From Candidatus Uhrbacteria bacterium (lineage in GTDB: Bacteria > Patescibacteriota > Patescibacteriia > UBA9934), in contig JABJOE010000006.1 of the NCBI GenBank assembly GCA_018664485.1, positions 71,294 through 135,293 of the forward strand: a stretch of DNA of 64,000 nt, written 5' to 3'. How positions within the stretch are numbered: the stretch's first letter is position 1; each line of letters opens with the position of its first letter. This document shows, piece after piece, positions 39,646 through 48,794 of this stretch. The notes under the pieces were generated by a model, which saw nothing but the letters and a program-made list of their open reading frames with translations, had not been told where the DNA came from and did not search any database. The translations under genes were made by a program, and so were the position numbers.

Positions 39646-40242
39646 ATGACCACACCTTCCGACTCGGATAGAGTAAACAACGTATTCCCGCTCTTGATGT
39701 CGAGGACCCCAAGCGACGACACGAAGGAAGTTGAACAACCCGACGCAGCACCTCAATCCGTAGTGCCGCATCCCAACACAACACCGCTAAACGCCAACCT
39801 CAGTGGCGATGACGTCGTTGCACTTGTGAAGGTCCAAGCTGAAGCCCGAGGAGCCAACGGACAGAATTCTAAGTTCATCGACTATGATGGGTGGGAATGT
39901 TCAATCGGAGACATCACCCTTTCCGTCTTCACGCTGAAACGCGGGGAGCCTAGGGTTATTGACACCTTCGTCAATGTAACGAAAGGGACCGGCAAAAGCG
40001 CACGCAAGGTCTGTGGCGTAGCACGCTCAAAGCAAGGCGATGGCAGTCTTCTGTGGGAACTCACGATCTTCCCCCACACTCCCGAAAAGCTCAAGGCACT
40101 GAAAGACAAGTGGCCAGTAATACGAGGTGATGGAGGTATCATTTACGGTACCCATGACATCAACCCACGTGATGTCATCAGAGCACTCAAAGAACTTGTC
40201 ACCGCCTTCCTGTCCATCGGGCGAGGTAGTGACGAGGACTAG
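39646..40242 (+). CDS. Hypothetical protein (198 aa), GC-rich orphan
   Basis: Strong promoter and RBS; no recognisable motif. Confidence 0.55.
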   Translation: MTTPSDSDRVNNVFPLLMSRTPSDDTKEVEQPDAAPQSVVPHPNTTPLNANLSGDDVVALVKVQAEARGANGQNSKFIDYDGWECSIGDITLSVFTLKRGEPRVIDTFVNVTKGTGKSARKVCGVARSKQGDGSLLWELTIFPHTPEKLKALKDKWPVIRGDGGIIYGTHDINPRDVIRALKELVTAFLSIGRGSDED

Positions 40243-40523
40243 AAAACGCCACAACGCGACACGCGCTCCCCCTGACCTGCCGACTTTGGTCAGGGGCTCG
40301 ACTAAGATCTTCATTGAGATTTTTGAGAGCCTAAAGGCCGATGTGGACTCCCACCTTGTCATATCTTCAAATCGAGCTATACTACCTGCGTGATTGTGAC
40401 TGATCGCCAATAGCTTCGTTCCTTATAGGACGAGGTTATTGTTTTTCTGCAGTTAAATACAGCCCGATCGATACAAAAAACCCCACCAAAAGGTGAGGTT
40501 TTTATTTTGCTATATGTCTTCGT

Positions 40524-41783
40524 CTATTCTTCCATCCAAGCATCTACGCTTGCGACAATGTCGCTCAGCTTCACTAAATTCATATCCGTACTCGTTCTCT
40601 CTTTCCACTCAACCGAATCGTCAACAAGAGTCTTTTGTGAAATTACGAGACGCAGTGGTAACCCAATCAAATCCGCATCTCCAAACTTCGCTCCAGGAGA
40701 AACGCCAGGCCGATCATCCCACAGAACTTCTACTCCAACATCTTTCAAACCTTGGTATAGATCTTCAGATGCGTTATCAATTCTATTCTGAACTTCTTCA
40801 TCCTTAGATGATAGAGAAAGCAGATGAACTGCGAACGGAGCCACAGACTTTGGCCAAATCATTCCGCGTTCGTCGTTGTGAACTTCTACAATAGACCCCA
40901 TCACGCGCGACGGACCAATTCCATAACAACCCATGATAATATCTACCATCTTTCCATCAGCTCCTGGAACCTTCATTTTGAAAGCCTCCGAGAAACGACA
41001 TTCAAGCGGGAAAATATTTCCAACCTCGATGGATTTTTTAATCTCGTACTTCTCTTCGTTCTTCCAATCTTCCTCTGGAATAATTTCGCGGTTCATCACC
41101 TCACCAGATGCGCGATCAATATAAATATGATCTTCACCTGCATCCGTTGCAACCTGGAATTCATGCGAATGCTTTTCTGTAAACACACCACCTGATGCTG
41201 CAGTAACTACGGCGTCTAATCCACAACGCGTATACACGTTAAGATAAGCAACCTTTGCCTTCTCATAAAAATCTAGAAAGTCTGCTTCGTCAGCATGGAA
41301 GCTGTAAAGATCTTTCATTGAGAACTCTCGTCCACGCAGCAGTCCAGATTTTGCACGAGGTTCATTACGGAACTTATCTTGAATCTGATACACGGCAACT
41401 GGCAAATCTTTATAAGAATTTACGAACTCCTTCACAAGAGGCGTTACAACCTCTTCAGCTGTAGAGCTCAAACTATATTTTTTTCCACCGGCTCCATCTA
41501 ACTTAAACATGACATCGATCTTATCCCAGCGATCTGTTGAGTCATAAAGATGCTTTGGGTGAAGTGCCGGCATCAAAACCTCCTGAGCACCAAGAGCGTC
41601 CATCTCTTCTCTAACGATATTCTTAATCTTATCAAGTACCCGAAGACCAAGTGGGAGATATGTGTAGATCCCCGCAGCTAGCTGACTTATAAAACCAGCC
41701 TGTGTTAGCAAACGCGCGTTTGGCGAGTCTGCGTCGGCAGGTGCGTCCTTACGTGTTTTTGTAAATAGATGTGATTGCTTCAT
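40524..41783 (-). CDS. proS: Prolyl-tRNA synthetase, short bacterial-type lacking the editing insertion
   Basis: 419 aa; N-terminus aligns to bacterial ProRS (LRAG.I...A.G.YT.LP.G.RVL.K.ENIVREEM), class II motifs (REF.MKD.YSFH). Confidence 0.9.
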   Translation of the reverse strand: MKQSHLFTKTRKDAPADADSPNARLLTQAGFISQLAAGIYTYLPLGLRVLDKIKNIVREEMDALGAQEVLMPALHPKHLYDSTDRWDKIDVMFKLDGAGGKKYSLSSTAEEVVTPLVKEFVNSYKDLPVAVYQIQDKFRNEPRAKSGLLRGREFSMKDLYSFHADEADFLDFYEKAKVAYLNVYTRCGLDAVVTAASGGVFTEKHSHEFQVATDAGEDHIYIDRASGEVMNREIIPEEDWKNEEKYEIKKSIEVGNIFPLECRFSEAFKMKVPGADGKMVDIIMGCYGIGPSRVMGSIVEVHNDERGMIWPKSVAPFAVHLLSLSSKDEEVQNRIDNASEDLYQGLKDVGVEVLWDDRPGVSPGAKFGDADLIGLPLRLVISQKTLVDDSVEWKERTSTDMNLVKLSDIVASVDAWMEE

Positions 41784-41942
41784 ATGAAGAACTTACGTAT
41801 TTGGACCATTTTAGACTTATGGAGCCTCTATTGAAGCTCATCGTACAATATTAGTACGCCTGGTACAAACGCCTCCATGTATTGAAACCGATCTCAAATA
41901 TGAAAGTTCTTTCGAGCGAATGCTCGCTTTTTGACATTTGCT

Positions 41943-41981
41943 GCAAATGAAAGACCGCCCCTGAGACCGCGAGGCGGTCTC
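41943..41981. terminator. 17-bp perfect hairpin GACCGCCCCTGAGACCGC-gag-GCGGTCTCAGGGGCGGT downstream of the secreted-protein gene
   Basis: Perfect inverted repeat seen in the sequence. Confidence 0.55.
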
Positions 41982-42002
41982 AGGGGCGGTACGCGGTTGC
42001 GC

Positions 42003-42467
42003 TTACTGGACAGTGACTGCCGCACCTACGTTTCCGCAGGCATCCCTTGCGATCCTGGACGCCAGCATCTGTCGACGATATTCATCATGCCCTGTGTCGA
42101 ACGCCCAATCGACATAGTAGCCACCCAGACAGCGAGTGAGCACCCCAGGAGACCACGCGTCCGCAGGGTCTCCAGTGAAGCTGCCGATAGTGGGGACCAC
42201 GAAGGTTGGAGTGATCGAACCGTAGTCGACCATTGCCTGAGCGGGCGGGCTCGTAGGCAGAATTGGCTCAGCTACCCCGTACGGGAGCATGTAGGTAGTG
42301 GCCGTAGTGTCATTCGTGACCATGTCCAGGCTATCCAAGCCCTCAGGCCAGAAGTCTGGCAACACCACATAGACGTGATCAGGTGATTCAGCCGAGGCCT
42401 CATCGGGAGCGTCGCTAGGCCCACCACAACGGGGAACGAACATGAAAGCGAGAAATACAGTACGCAT
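42003..42467 (-). CDS. Hypothetical secreted protein (GC-rich orphan)
   Basis: ORF to 42527; start chosen at MRTVFLAFMFVP.. (AAGGA RBS); N-terminal signal-peptide-like segment. Confidence 0.5.
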   Translation of the reverse strand: MRTVFLAFMFVPRCGGPSDAPDEASAESPDHVYVVLPDFWPEGLDSLDMVTNDTTATTYMLPYGVAEPILPTSPPAQAMVDYGSITPTFVVPTIGSFTGDPADAWSPGVLTRCLGGYYVDWAFDTGHDEYRRQMLASRIARDACGNVGAAVTVQ

Positions 42468-42585
42468 GACTGTCCTTTTGAATTGGTGCGACAAGCCCTG
42501 CCGCAGGGGAAAATGATCTCCTATCAAGGTTCACAAAGACGCTTCAAAGTAGCACTAAATAGGCCCCATGTCAATCCATCGCTGC

Positions 42586-42612
42586 ACTAAACGCAAATGA
42601 GTTGCGTTTAGT
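42586..42612. promoter_or_regulatory. Operator-like palindrome ACTAAACGCAA-atgag-TTGCGTTTAGT upstream of the zinc-type ABC transporter operon (candidate Zur/Fur-family box)
   Basis: Perfect 11-5-11 inverted repeat, 28 nt upstream of the znuA-like start. Confidence 0.5.
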
Positions 42613-42639
42613 ACCCACATTCTGCTACGCTATAGAGGT

Positions 42640-43509
42640 ATGAAAAAGCTTCTAATGGTTCTACTTATATTCGGCGCAGTAATAGCTGCTCTAATATTAA
42701 ATTTGGACTCAGAGGAAATCGTCTCCGATGATCGCCCAGTTACCGCTACAACGATCTTCCCTCTTTACGACATAGTTCAAAATATAGCTGGAGACTCCAT
42801 ACGCGTTGAGCTCATCATGCCCGTCGGAGCAAGCCCACACACATTTGAACCGAGCGCTTCCCTACTGCGTGATCTTAAAGGTGTGTCGGTAATCTATGCG
42901 ATCGGTTATGGAAGTGATGACTGGGCATCGGTAATAGGTGAGAACCTAGGTGCCGAGATTGTGACTGTCGACTCAGACATTGACCTGCATCAAACAAACG
43001 ACGGTATTGACCCTCACTACTGGCTATCATTTACAAACGCCAACATCATCGCAAAGACCGTGCGTGACGACTTGAACGCACGTTTCCCAGAATACACCTA
43101 CGACTTCGATCATAACGCTTCGCTCTACACACTTTCCCTGCAAGAAGTGAACCAAGAGGCGTTACGGCTAATAACAGAGGAAGTAGATAGCAACAACATA
43201 ATCACACTACATGATGCATGGTATTATTTTGCAAACGACCTAGGACTAAATGTGGTTGGTACATTTGAACCAAGTGGTGGTCGTGAGCCAACTCCTCAAT
43301 ATCTTATCGACCTTATAGAGACGATCGATGAGTCTGACATCATTACCCTCTACACAGAACCTCAGCTATCAGAAGAAGCCTTCGATACTTTCGTACACGA
43401 CAACAATCTCTCCGTCGGATATCTCGACCCAATAGGAGGTACCGCCGACAAAATGAGTTTTATTGATCTGATGCTTTCAAATGTCCAATCAATTGCCAAC
43501 AACCAATAA
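42640..43509 (+). CDS. znuA: ABC transporter metal (Zn/Mn)-binding periplasmic protein, ZnuA/TroA family
   Basis: 289 aa with signal peptide, cluster-9 solute-binding fold features (HxxxDP, HDAWYYF-like). Confidence 0.8.
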   Translation: MKKLLMVLLIFGAVIAALILNLDSEEIVSDDRPVTATTIFPLYDIVQNIAGDSIRVELIMPVGASPHTFEPSASLLRDLKGVSVIYAIGYGSDDWASVIGENLGAEIVTVDSDIDLHQTNDGIDPHYWLSFTNANIIAKTVRDDLNARFPEYTYDFDHNASLYTLSLQEVNQEALRLITEEVDSNNIITLHDAWYYFANDLGLNVVGTFEPSGGREPTPQYLIDLIETIDESDIITLYTEPQLSEEAFDTFVHDNNLSVGYLDPIGGTADKMSFIDLMLSNVQSIANNQ

Positions 43510-44236
43510 CGTGAGTGAACGCGGCACTGCAGTGTCTGTAAAAGATCTACGCGTCAGCTATGACGATCATGTTATTTTAGAAAATATTTCTTTTGAAATT
43601 CCTGAGAATTCAATAACGGCAATCATCGGACCAAACGGTTCTGGGAAGTCAACACTCATCAAGGCGGTACTTGGACTAACTCGCACTGAGAAAGGTGATG
43701 TAAAACTTTTCGGACAACCGCTCAGTCACGTACGACGTACGATTGGATATGTCCCCCAACGATTCGAATTTGATCGGCAATTTCCAATGACTGTCCTGGA
43801 ATTCATGGAGCTCGCTCGCCACGAGCATACAGACAAAAAAGGCATCTCTCGTGCAATTAAGAATGTTGGTATTAAATCCGGAGTACTTCGCGAACAGCTT
43901 GGAAGCCTATCTGGCGGACAACTTCAACGTGTTCTGATCGCACAAGCTATTTTAAATCAACCAAAACTCCTTGTTCTAGATGAGCCTGCTGCCGGGATCG
44001 ACGTAGTTGGAGAGGCTGCATTTTTCCAGATGATCGATCAACTTCGAAAAGTTCATGGAACTACGATCGTTATTGTGTCGCATGATATAAGCTTCGTTGC
44101 CAACGCTGTTGACCACGTTGTCTGTGTGAACAAAAACCTAATGTGCTCAGGACCTCCTAAACTTGCTCTTACGGAAAAGAACTTGGAACGACTGTTCGGA
44201 GCATCGAACATATATCATCATCACAGCCACGATTAG
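43481..44236 (+). CDS. znuC: ABC transporter ATP-binding protein (ZnuC-like)
   Basis: GPNGSGKST Walker A, LSGGQLQRV signature, LDEP Walker B; C-terminal His-rich tail. Confidence 0.85.
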   Translation: MSNQLPTTNNVSERGTAVSVKDLRVSYDDHVILENISFEIPENSITAIIGPNGSGKSTLIKAVLGLTRTEKGDVKLFGQPLSHVRRTIGYVPQRFEFDRQFPMTVLEFMELARHEHTDKKGISRAIKNVGIKSGVLREQLGSLSGGQLQRVLIAQAILNQPKLLVLDEPAAGIDVVGEAAFFQMIDQLRKVHGTTIVIVSHDISFVANAVDHVVCVNKNLMCSGPPKLALTEKNLERLFGASNIYHHHSHD

Positions 44237-44286
44237 GGTGCATGTATTTTGGCCGCCACCCAACTACTTAACGACCTAGCGATTCT

Positions 44287-45102
44287 ATGGATGCGATTCT
44301 AACAATGCTCTCCTACCCGTTCATGCAGCGAGCTTTTTTAGCTGGTATATTACTTGGCTTACTTCTAGCAAGTCTCGGTGTACTTGCAACGCTCCGCAAG
44401 ATGGCATTCTTTGGTGAAGGAGTAGCTCATGCATCTCTTGCTGGAATCTCACTTGCCATTTTAGCTGGAGTCGCACCAATCCCGGTCGCTATCGCCTGGG
44501 CAGTACTTATCGCAATCGCAATTTTCTGGCTTGAACGGTCTACAAAACTTTCATCAGATACCTTAATTGGAATACTGTTCACCGCAAGCATGGCCTTAGG
44601 TGTAGTCATCATGAGTCAGACTGCCGGATTCCAACCTGAGCTAATTTCTTTCCTGTTTGGAAGTATATTGTCGATCAATCCGGGAGACCTCGTTATCATC
44701 GCAGCATTTACAGCAATAATCTTGGCCTGGTTTGGGACATCACTCAAGCAGCTTACCTACATAGCTTTCAATGAAGACGCTGCATCGATCGCGGGTATGA
44801 AAACAAAAACACAAACGCTGGTTTTATACATTGCGCTTGCGATTGCTACTGTCCTTGGTGTCAAAATATTAGGGATCATCCTAGTCTCCGCACTTCTTGT
44901 ACTGCCACCGGCTACCGGACGACTTCTTGCCAAGTCATTTAAGAGCTATCTTTGGATGTCGCTGCTGGTCTCTGAGATCGTGATTATATGCGGGCTCACT
45001 CTTTCATATTTTTATGACCTCCCTTCCGGTGCTACTATCGTACTCACTGGAACGGGTCTATTTTTCCTCACGACTCTCAGTCGACAGGTTATGAAGCGTT
45101 AG
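44287..45102 (+). CDS. znuB: ABC transporter permease (ZnuB-like)
   Basis: 271 aa, ~8 TM helices, ABC-3 family features. Confidence 0.8.
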   Translation: MDAILTMLSYPFMQRAFLAGILLGLLLASLGVLATLRKMAFFGEGVAHASLAGISLAILAGVAPIPVAIAWAVLIAIAIFWLERSTKLSSDTLIGILFTASMALGVVIMSQTAGFQPELISFLFGSILSINPGDLVIIAAFTAIILAWFGTSLKQLTYIAFNEDAASIAGMKTKTQTLVLYIALAIATVLGVKILGIILVSALLVLPPATGRLLAKSFKSYLWMSLLVSEIVIICGLTLSYFYDLPSGATIVLTGTGLFFLTTLSRQVMKR

Positions 45103-45293
45103 TAGCTGACTCCAAAGAAGTAGGCTACCAAACAAGCAATTCCGATCGCTAAAACTACCAAAGTTACGTTCACAACGTTCTTCGCGTCATCATCGTCACG
45201 TGTAAAGGCGAAAAAAGTGAATAGTGCGAACCCTAGGATTAGGGCCGCTGGTACAACGGTAAGTACGATTCCTGTAAGTAATACGATGGACAT
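45099..45293 (-). CDS. Hypothetical small membrane protein (64 aa)
   Basis: ORF with two hydrophobic helices; weak support. Confidence 0.3.
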   Translation of the reverse strand: MSIVLLTGIVLTVVPAALILGFALFTFFAFTRDDDDAKNVVNVTLVVLAIGIACLVAYFFGVSY

Positions 45294-45386
45294 ATAAATT
45301 GATCTCTGCGTAAAAACCTTAGAATTATTATAATATCGCTAGTGCCAGTCGAGCATCATGCCTTAATAATACGTTATTGTCAATAA

Positions 45387-45430
45387 TTGACCTAAACGTG
45401 CATATAATCTATACTCTTCTCGCAAAGTGA
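45387..45430 (+). promoter_or_regulatory. Promoter TTGACC-17-TATACT with overlapping palindrome TTGTCAATAATTGAC, upstream of the tRNA-Arg leader
   Basis: ttgtcaataattgacctaaacgtgcatataatctatact. Confidence 0.45.
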
Positions 45431-45461
45431 AATCAGGATATTTCTAGGTTTGATGTATACA

Positions 45462-45550
45462 AGGCGTGGGTGGCTGACAAGGAGTCGTACTAGAAGTACG
45501 GTGACGAAGTCCGACGGGCCCCACAACACAGTAGACGGCAAACCTAGGAG
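45462..45550 (+). ncRNA. Structured leader RNA element (copy C of the multi-copy family) upstream of tRNA-Arg
   Basis: AGGCGTGGGTGGCTGACAAGGAGTCGTACTAGAAGTACGGTGACGAAGTCCGACGGGCCCCACAACACAGTAGACGG; helix GTGGG/CCCAC shows compensatory change relative to copy B (GCGGGG/CCCCGC). Confidence 0.45.
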
Positions 45551-45638
45551 TGTCCTGCGGCGTTAGCTTCCACCTTCGCTGAAGCTACGGTCGACAAGCA
45601 GCTGGTAATACACCCAGCTTCGCAAACCACAAAATTAT

Positions 45639-45715
45639 GCGGCGTTAGCTCAGCTGGATAGAGCGTCTGGCTTCGGACCAGAAGGTCGGGGGTTCGAACC
45701 CCTCACGCCGCACCA
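45639..45715 (+). tRNA. tRNA-Arg (anticodon TCG), CCA encoded
   Basis: Cloverleaf: acceptor GCGGCGT/ACGCCGC, D-stem GCTC/GAGC, anticodon stem TCTGG/CCAGA with loop CTTCGGA, T-arm GGGGG-TTCGAAC-CCCTC, discriminator A, CCA. Confidence 0.9.
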
Positions 45716-45725
45716 TGAAACAAAT

Positions 45726-45750
45726 CACCGAAAGGTGGTTTTTTTCTTTG
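45726..45750 (+). terminator. Weak hairpin plus T7 run after tRNA-Arg
   Basis: TCACC-gaaa-GGTGG TTTTTTT. Confidence 0.4.
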
Positions 45751-45800
45751 GTGCAAATTTACCGCAGGTTAATTCTGGACGTAGTCCAGGTGTGAGGGGC

Positions 45801-46025
45801 TTACCGAGTGGCCAAACTGAAAGTTTGTTGGAACGAGGCTATACCCATAAGTGTGTAGACCGGGGGAGATTGCCGAGATATCGAACCGAAGGTTCATAGA
45901 TATCGAGGCTATACCCCTAAGCACGATAACGAGTTACTCGCATTTAAATACATTAAGTACTCATGTCGAAAGGGCTTGCCGAGTGGTCAAACCATAGGTT
46001 TGTTGGAGCAAGGCTATACCCCTTT
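45801..46025 (+). repeat. Three imperfect ~50-nt direct repeats, each ending AGGCTATACCC, with tRNA-Ser/Leu-like D-arm fragments (GCCGAGTGG)
   Basis: 45807-45856, 45876-45926, 45973-46022; units 1 and 3 are ~80 percent identical. Confidence 0.6.
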
Positions 46026-46042
46026 AGGTATCTTCAAAAACA

Positions 46043-46075
46043 AAACCGCCAATTGTTGGCGGTTTTATTGTTTTA
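46043..46075. terminator. Bidirectional terminator after rnc
   Basis: AAAACCGCC-aattgtt-GGCGGTTTT flanked by A- and T-runs. Confidence 0.65.
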
Positions 46076-46086
46076 CTTGTGTACTA

Positions 46087-46800
46087 CTACTTTGTCTTTT
46101 TTACCCAGCCCTTTGCAGTAAGAGCGTTTCGCGCTGCATCAATCTGTGCCTCCTGTTTTGATGTCCCCTTACCTTCTGCTGCCAACTCCTTTCCAAGATA
46201 CGCACCGATGCGGAATATCTTATCGTGATCTGGCCCAGACTCTTCAAGGACTTTATAGTTTGGTGTTGTAGATAAACGTGCCTGAGCCTCTTCTTGAAAC
46301 TGACTCTTGGGATCAATGTACAATTCTTTCTCCATTATCTCATCAAGCGTTGCGATAATAAACTTATGTACAAAGTCACGAGATTCATCCCATCCAAAGT
46401 CCAAATACAAGGCACCGATAATAGCCTCCATAGTATTTGCCAAGATGTAGTTGCGGGCCTTCTCATTACTGTCCTGAGACTCTCCACGAGAAAGGAAAAG
46501 GTACTGCTCAATATTCATGCTATGACCAACCTTCGCTAGGTTCTGTCCGTTTACAAGTGCTGCTCGGAAGTTAGTGAGCTCCCCTTCTGGTTTATCGAAC
46601 TTTTCAAATAAAAATTCGGTCACCACCAACTCCAAAACTGCATCTCCCAAGAACTCCAACCGCTCATTATGATGCAGCGGGAAGTCATGATGTTCATTGA
46701 GATAGGAGCGATGGACAACCGCTTGTTTCAGGTGCCCATCCTCTTTGTACTCTATCCCAATTATCTTTGCCAACTCCTCAACAGGTTTTCGTTCTGCCAT
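46087..46800 (-). CDS. rnc: Ribonuclease III
   Basis: 237 aa; ERLEFLGDAVLELVV RNase III signature plus C-terminal dsRBD. Confidence 0.93.
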   Translation of the reverse strand: MAERKPVEELAKIIGIEYKEDGHLKQAVVHRSYLNEHHDFPLHHNERLEFLGDAVLELVVTEFLFEKFDKPEGELTNFRAALVNGQNLAKVGHSMNIEQYLFLSRGESQDSNEKARNYILANTMEAIIGALYLDFGWDESRDFVHKFIIATLDEIMEKELYIDPKSQFQEEAQARLSTTPNYKVLEESGPDHDKIFRIGAYLGKELAAEGKGTSKQEAQIDAARNALTAKGWVKKTK

Positions 46801-46818
46801 ATACTATTGTTATGAATC

Positions 46819-47229
46819 TTACTCCTCTCCTGCCTCTTCACTTGCAACTTCCTCCACCTCTTCTTCACCACCTTTCTCTTCTTCCACATTCTTGTCAACT
46901 TCCTTTATTTCACCTCGAGCGAGCATGTCTCGGTAGACAGCACCCATAACTCCGTTGATAAATTTACCGGCAGGCTTCCCAGAAAATGTCTTACCAAGTT
47001 CGATCGCTTCGTTGATTGCAACCTTTGCCGGAATCGCTTCATCGTACTTAAGTTCAAAGACAGCAAGACGCAAAATATTACGATCTGCATTAGTCATCTC
47101 TGCGATCGGCCACTCTGGAGCAAAATGTGCGAGCGACTCATCGATATCTGCAAGATGTTCGATCACTCCTCCAACCTGTTTTTTCAAATAACCGGCATCA
47201 TCAAAATCAGGCGCGAATTCTTGCTTCAC
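46819..47229 (-). CDS. nusB: Transcription antitermination factor NusB-like protein with acidic C-terminal tail
   Basis: 136 aa; NusB-like helices (RLAVFEL.., KVAINEAIELGK.F). Confidence 0.65.
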   Translation of the reverse strand: MKQEFAPDFDDAGYLKKQVGGVIEHLADIDESLAHFAPEWPIAEMTNADRNILRLAVFELKYDEAIPAKVAINEAIELGKTFSGKPAGKFINGVMGAVYRDMLARGEIKEVDKNVEEEKGGEEEVEEVASEEAGEE

Positions 47230-47435
47230 GTGCTCGATGATTTAATCGATCTTAGAATTATCCTGACCATTAAAGTCCCACTCGAAGAGACATTGCATGG
47301 CCATGGTTCGGGCTAGGTGACGATTCGACATAACGTTAGGTAAAGGGAAAACAGATGAGTGTGAGGGGCTTAGCTTAAGCAATCTTCTTGCCCTAGTATA
47401 GCAAAAAGAAAAGCGAGTCCATAGGACCCACTTTC

Positions 47436-47732
47436 TTATTTTGTTTCTTTCTTTGTTTTCTTTGCAGCGACCTTCTTTTTTGGAGCTGCTTTCTTTTTTG
47501 GAGTTTCAGCCTTTTCTTCTTCCTTCTCCTTTTTCTTCATTTCTTTTACAACCTCTTTTGCAAGCTTTCCATCAGCCTTTTTCACTTTCGCCATTTTTGA
47601 CGGAGCGATGTGGTGCGGGAGACGTGGCTCACCAGTTTCTTTGTCGATCACAATATGCATCGGCTTGAGCGCGTGATGCGATCGTCGACGACGTACTTTT
47701 GATTTGGAATTTCGAAATTTTGGTACAGACAT
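47436..47732 (-). CDS. rpmF: 50S ribosomal protein L32 with lysine-rich C-terminal extension
   Basis: N-terminus MSVPKFRNSKSKVRRRRSHHALKP..DKETGEPRLPHH matches L32. Confidence 0.8.
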   Translation of the reverse strand: MSVPKFRNSKSKVRRRRSHHALKPMHIVIDKETGEPRLPHHIAPSKMAKVKKADGKLAKEVVKEMKKKEKEEEKAETPKKKAAPKKKVAAKKTKKETK

Positions 47733-47957
47733 AGAGTTTTAGAGGTAAAACAGACTGGATTGGAGATTACTAGAGGTAAAGACCCTACCCCAAATTACTG
47801 GGAGAGTGTACTTAAATAGCCATTTTCTGTCAATAGATAGAGTAAACTGCTGGATTCCAGCGTTTTGAAGTATATATAACAAATATCCATTAAACAAAGA
47901 GCCCCCTGAGCCAGATACAGCTCGAGGGGGACTTGAAGGACGCTTGAACGGCTGCTG

Positions 47958-48440
47958 TCAGCTCGCTTTTCTGTGGCTTCCACGCTTGTTTCCGCGGTCG
48001 ACGCGGGCAGGTGCCGACCGAGCTGTTCTTCGGCCAGGGAATCCACAGGAGTACGTGTAGAGCCTGGCGCCCAGTCGGGAAGACATGGAGTCGCCAACTG
48101 CATTCTGAAGAACACGCTGCATAGACACTCCATGATCACCTGCAAACAAGTAGGCACCACCGATCCGCTTGTTCTGCGTGACCCTGATACCGTTCTTCCT
48201 GCCAGTTGAGCAATTGATCAGAAGTACGCCATCAGCAAGATCGCGCTCAGCGAGCTCGGCGTCAGAAACTCCCTCCAAAAGGTCTTCATCGCCACCAGTA
48301 AGCTCGAGCCACGCGGCACGCGACAACTTCCTGGCCAAAAAGGCACCGCTCAAATGGCCCCTCGCACTGATCCAGAACCTGTTGAGATTTGGCGTGTTTT
48401 GTCCTTTGCGGACTTGAGCCGTAATCGAAATGAGAGCCAT
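47958..48440 (-). CDS. Hypothetical protein (160 aa) in a GC-rich islet; possible Rossmann-like core
   Basis: ORF with imperfect hairpin terminator downstream (47893-47925); central strand-like GVLLINCSTGRKNG; no secure family assignment. Confidence 0.5.
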   Translation of the reverse strand: MALISITAQVRKGQNTPNLNRFWISARGHLSGAFLARKLSRAAWLELTGGDEDLLEGVSDAELAERDLADGVLLINCSTGRKNGIRVTQNKRIGGAYLFAGDHGVSMQRVLQNAVGDSMSSRLGARLYTYSCGFPGRRTARSAPARVDRGNKRGSHRKAS

Positions 48441-48589
48441 GTATGACTTCCCCGGTGAATCGCGCCGGAAGTAGCGCGTCTGGAGGCTACCAAAAATCGA
48501 TCAAAATATCAAGGAATACCCTATGGATCTTGACAAAAAGCCAAAAATCTGGGATGCTCGAATTGGTCTGATCAACACAGGAGCACAGA

Positions 48590-48733
48590 CATGATCACCA
48601 ATAGCAACCTTTTGGCTGGCGGAAATCCGCAAGTCGCAAAACTACTACGCGACCTCGCACAAGATGCGGGCAACGTTTCACAACTCACGAAGGCCACCCC
48701 GCCAAGCAAACAGGAGCGGTCGACGGGCTGAGT
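48590..48733 (+). CDS. Small ORF (48 aa) with good RBS, immediately upstream of the GGDEF-like gene
   Basis: ACAGGAGCACAGAC-ATG; MITNSNLLAGGNPQVAKLLRDLAQDAGNVSQLTKATPPSKQERSTG; TTGACA-like -35 at 48529. Confidence 0.35.
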
Positions 48734-48794
48734 AAACACCTCTTCGTGATCGAGCCATGAGCCGATTCGAAGATACAAAACCATAGGGGGTCCT

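Noticed and set aside
41826-41885. Confident fifth copy of the structured element in front of proS
   Set aside because: Only the palindromic hairpin and the UGGNCCAAAUA box are shared; the enclosing helices are different. Mentioned as a weak instance in the findings rather than listed as a feature.
45801-46025. Possible CRISPR array downstream of tRNA-Arg
   Set aside because: Only three units, ~80 percent identical rather than near-identical, with irregular spacing and no cas genes. They read better as tRNA-fragment-like decayed repeats.
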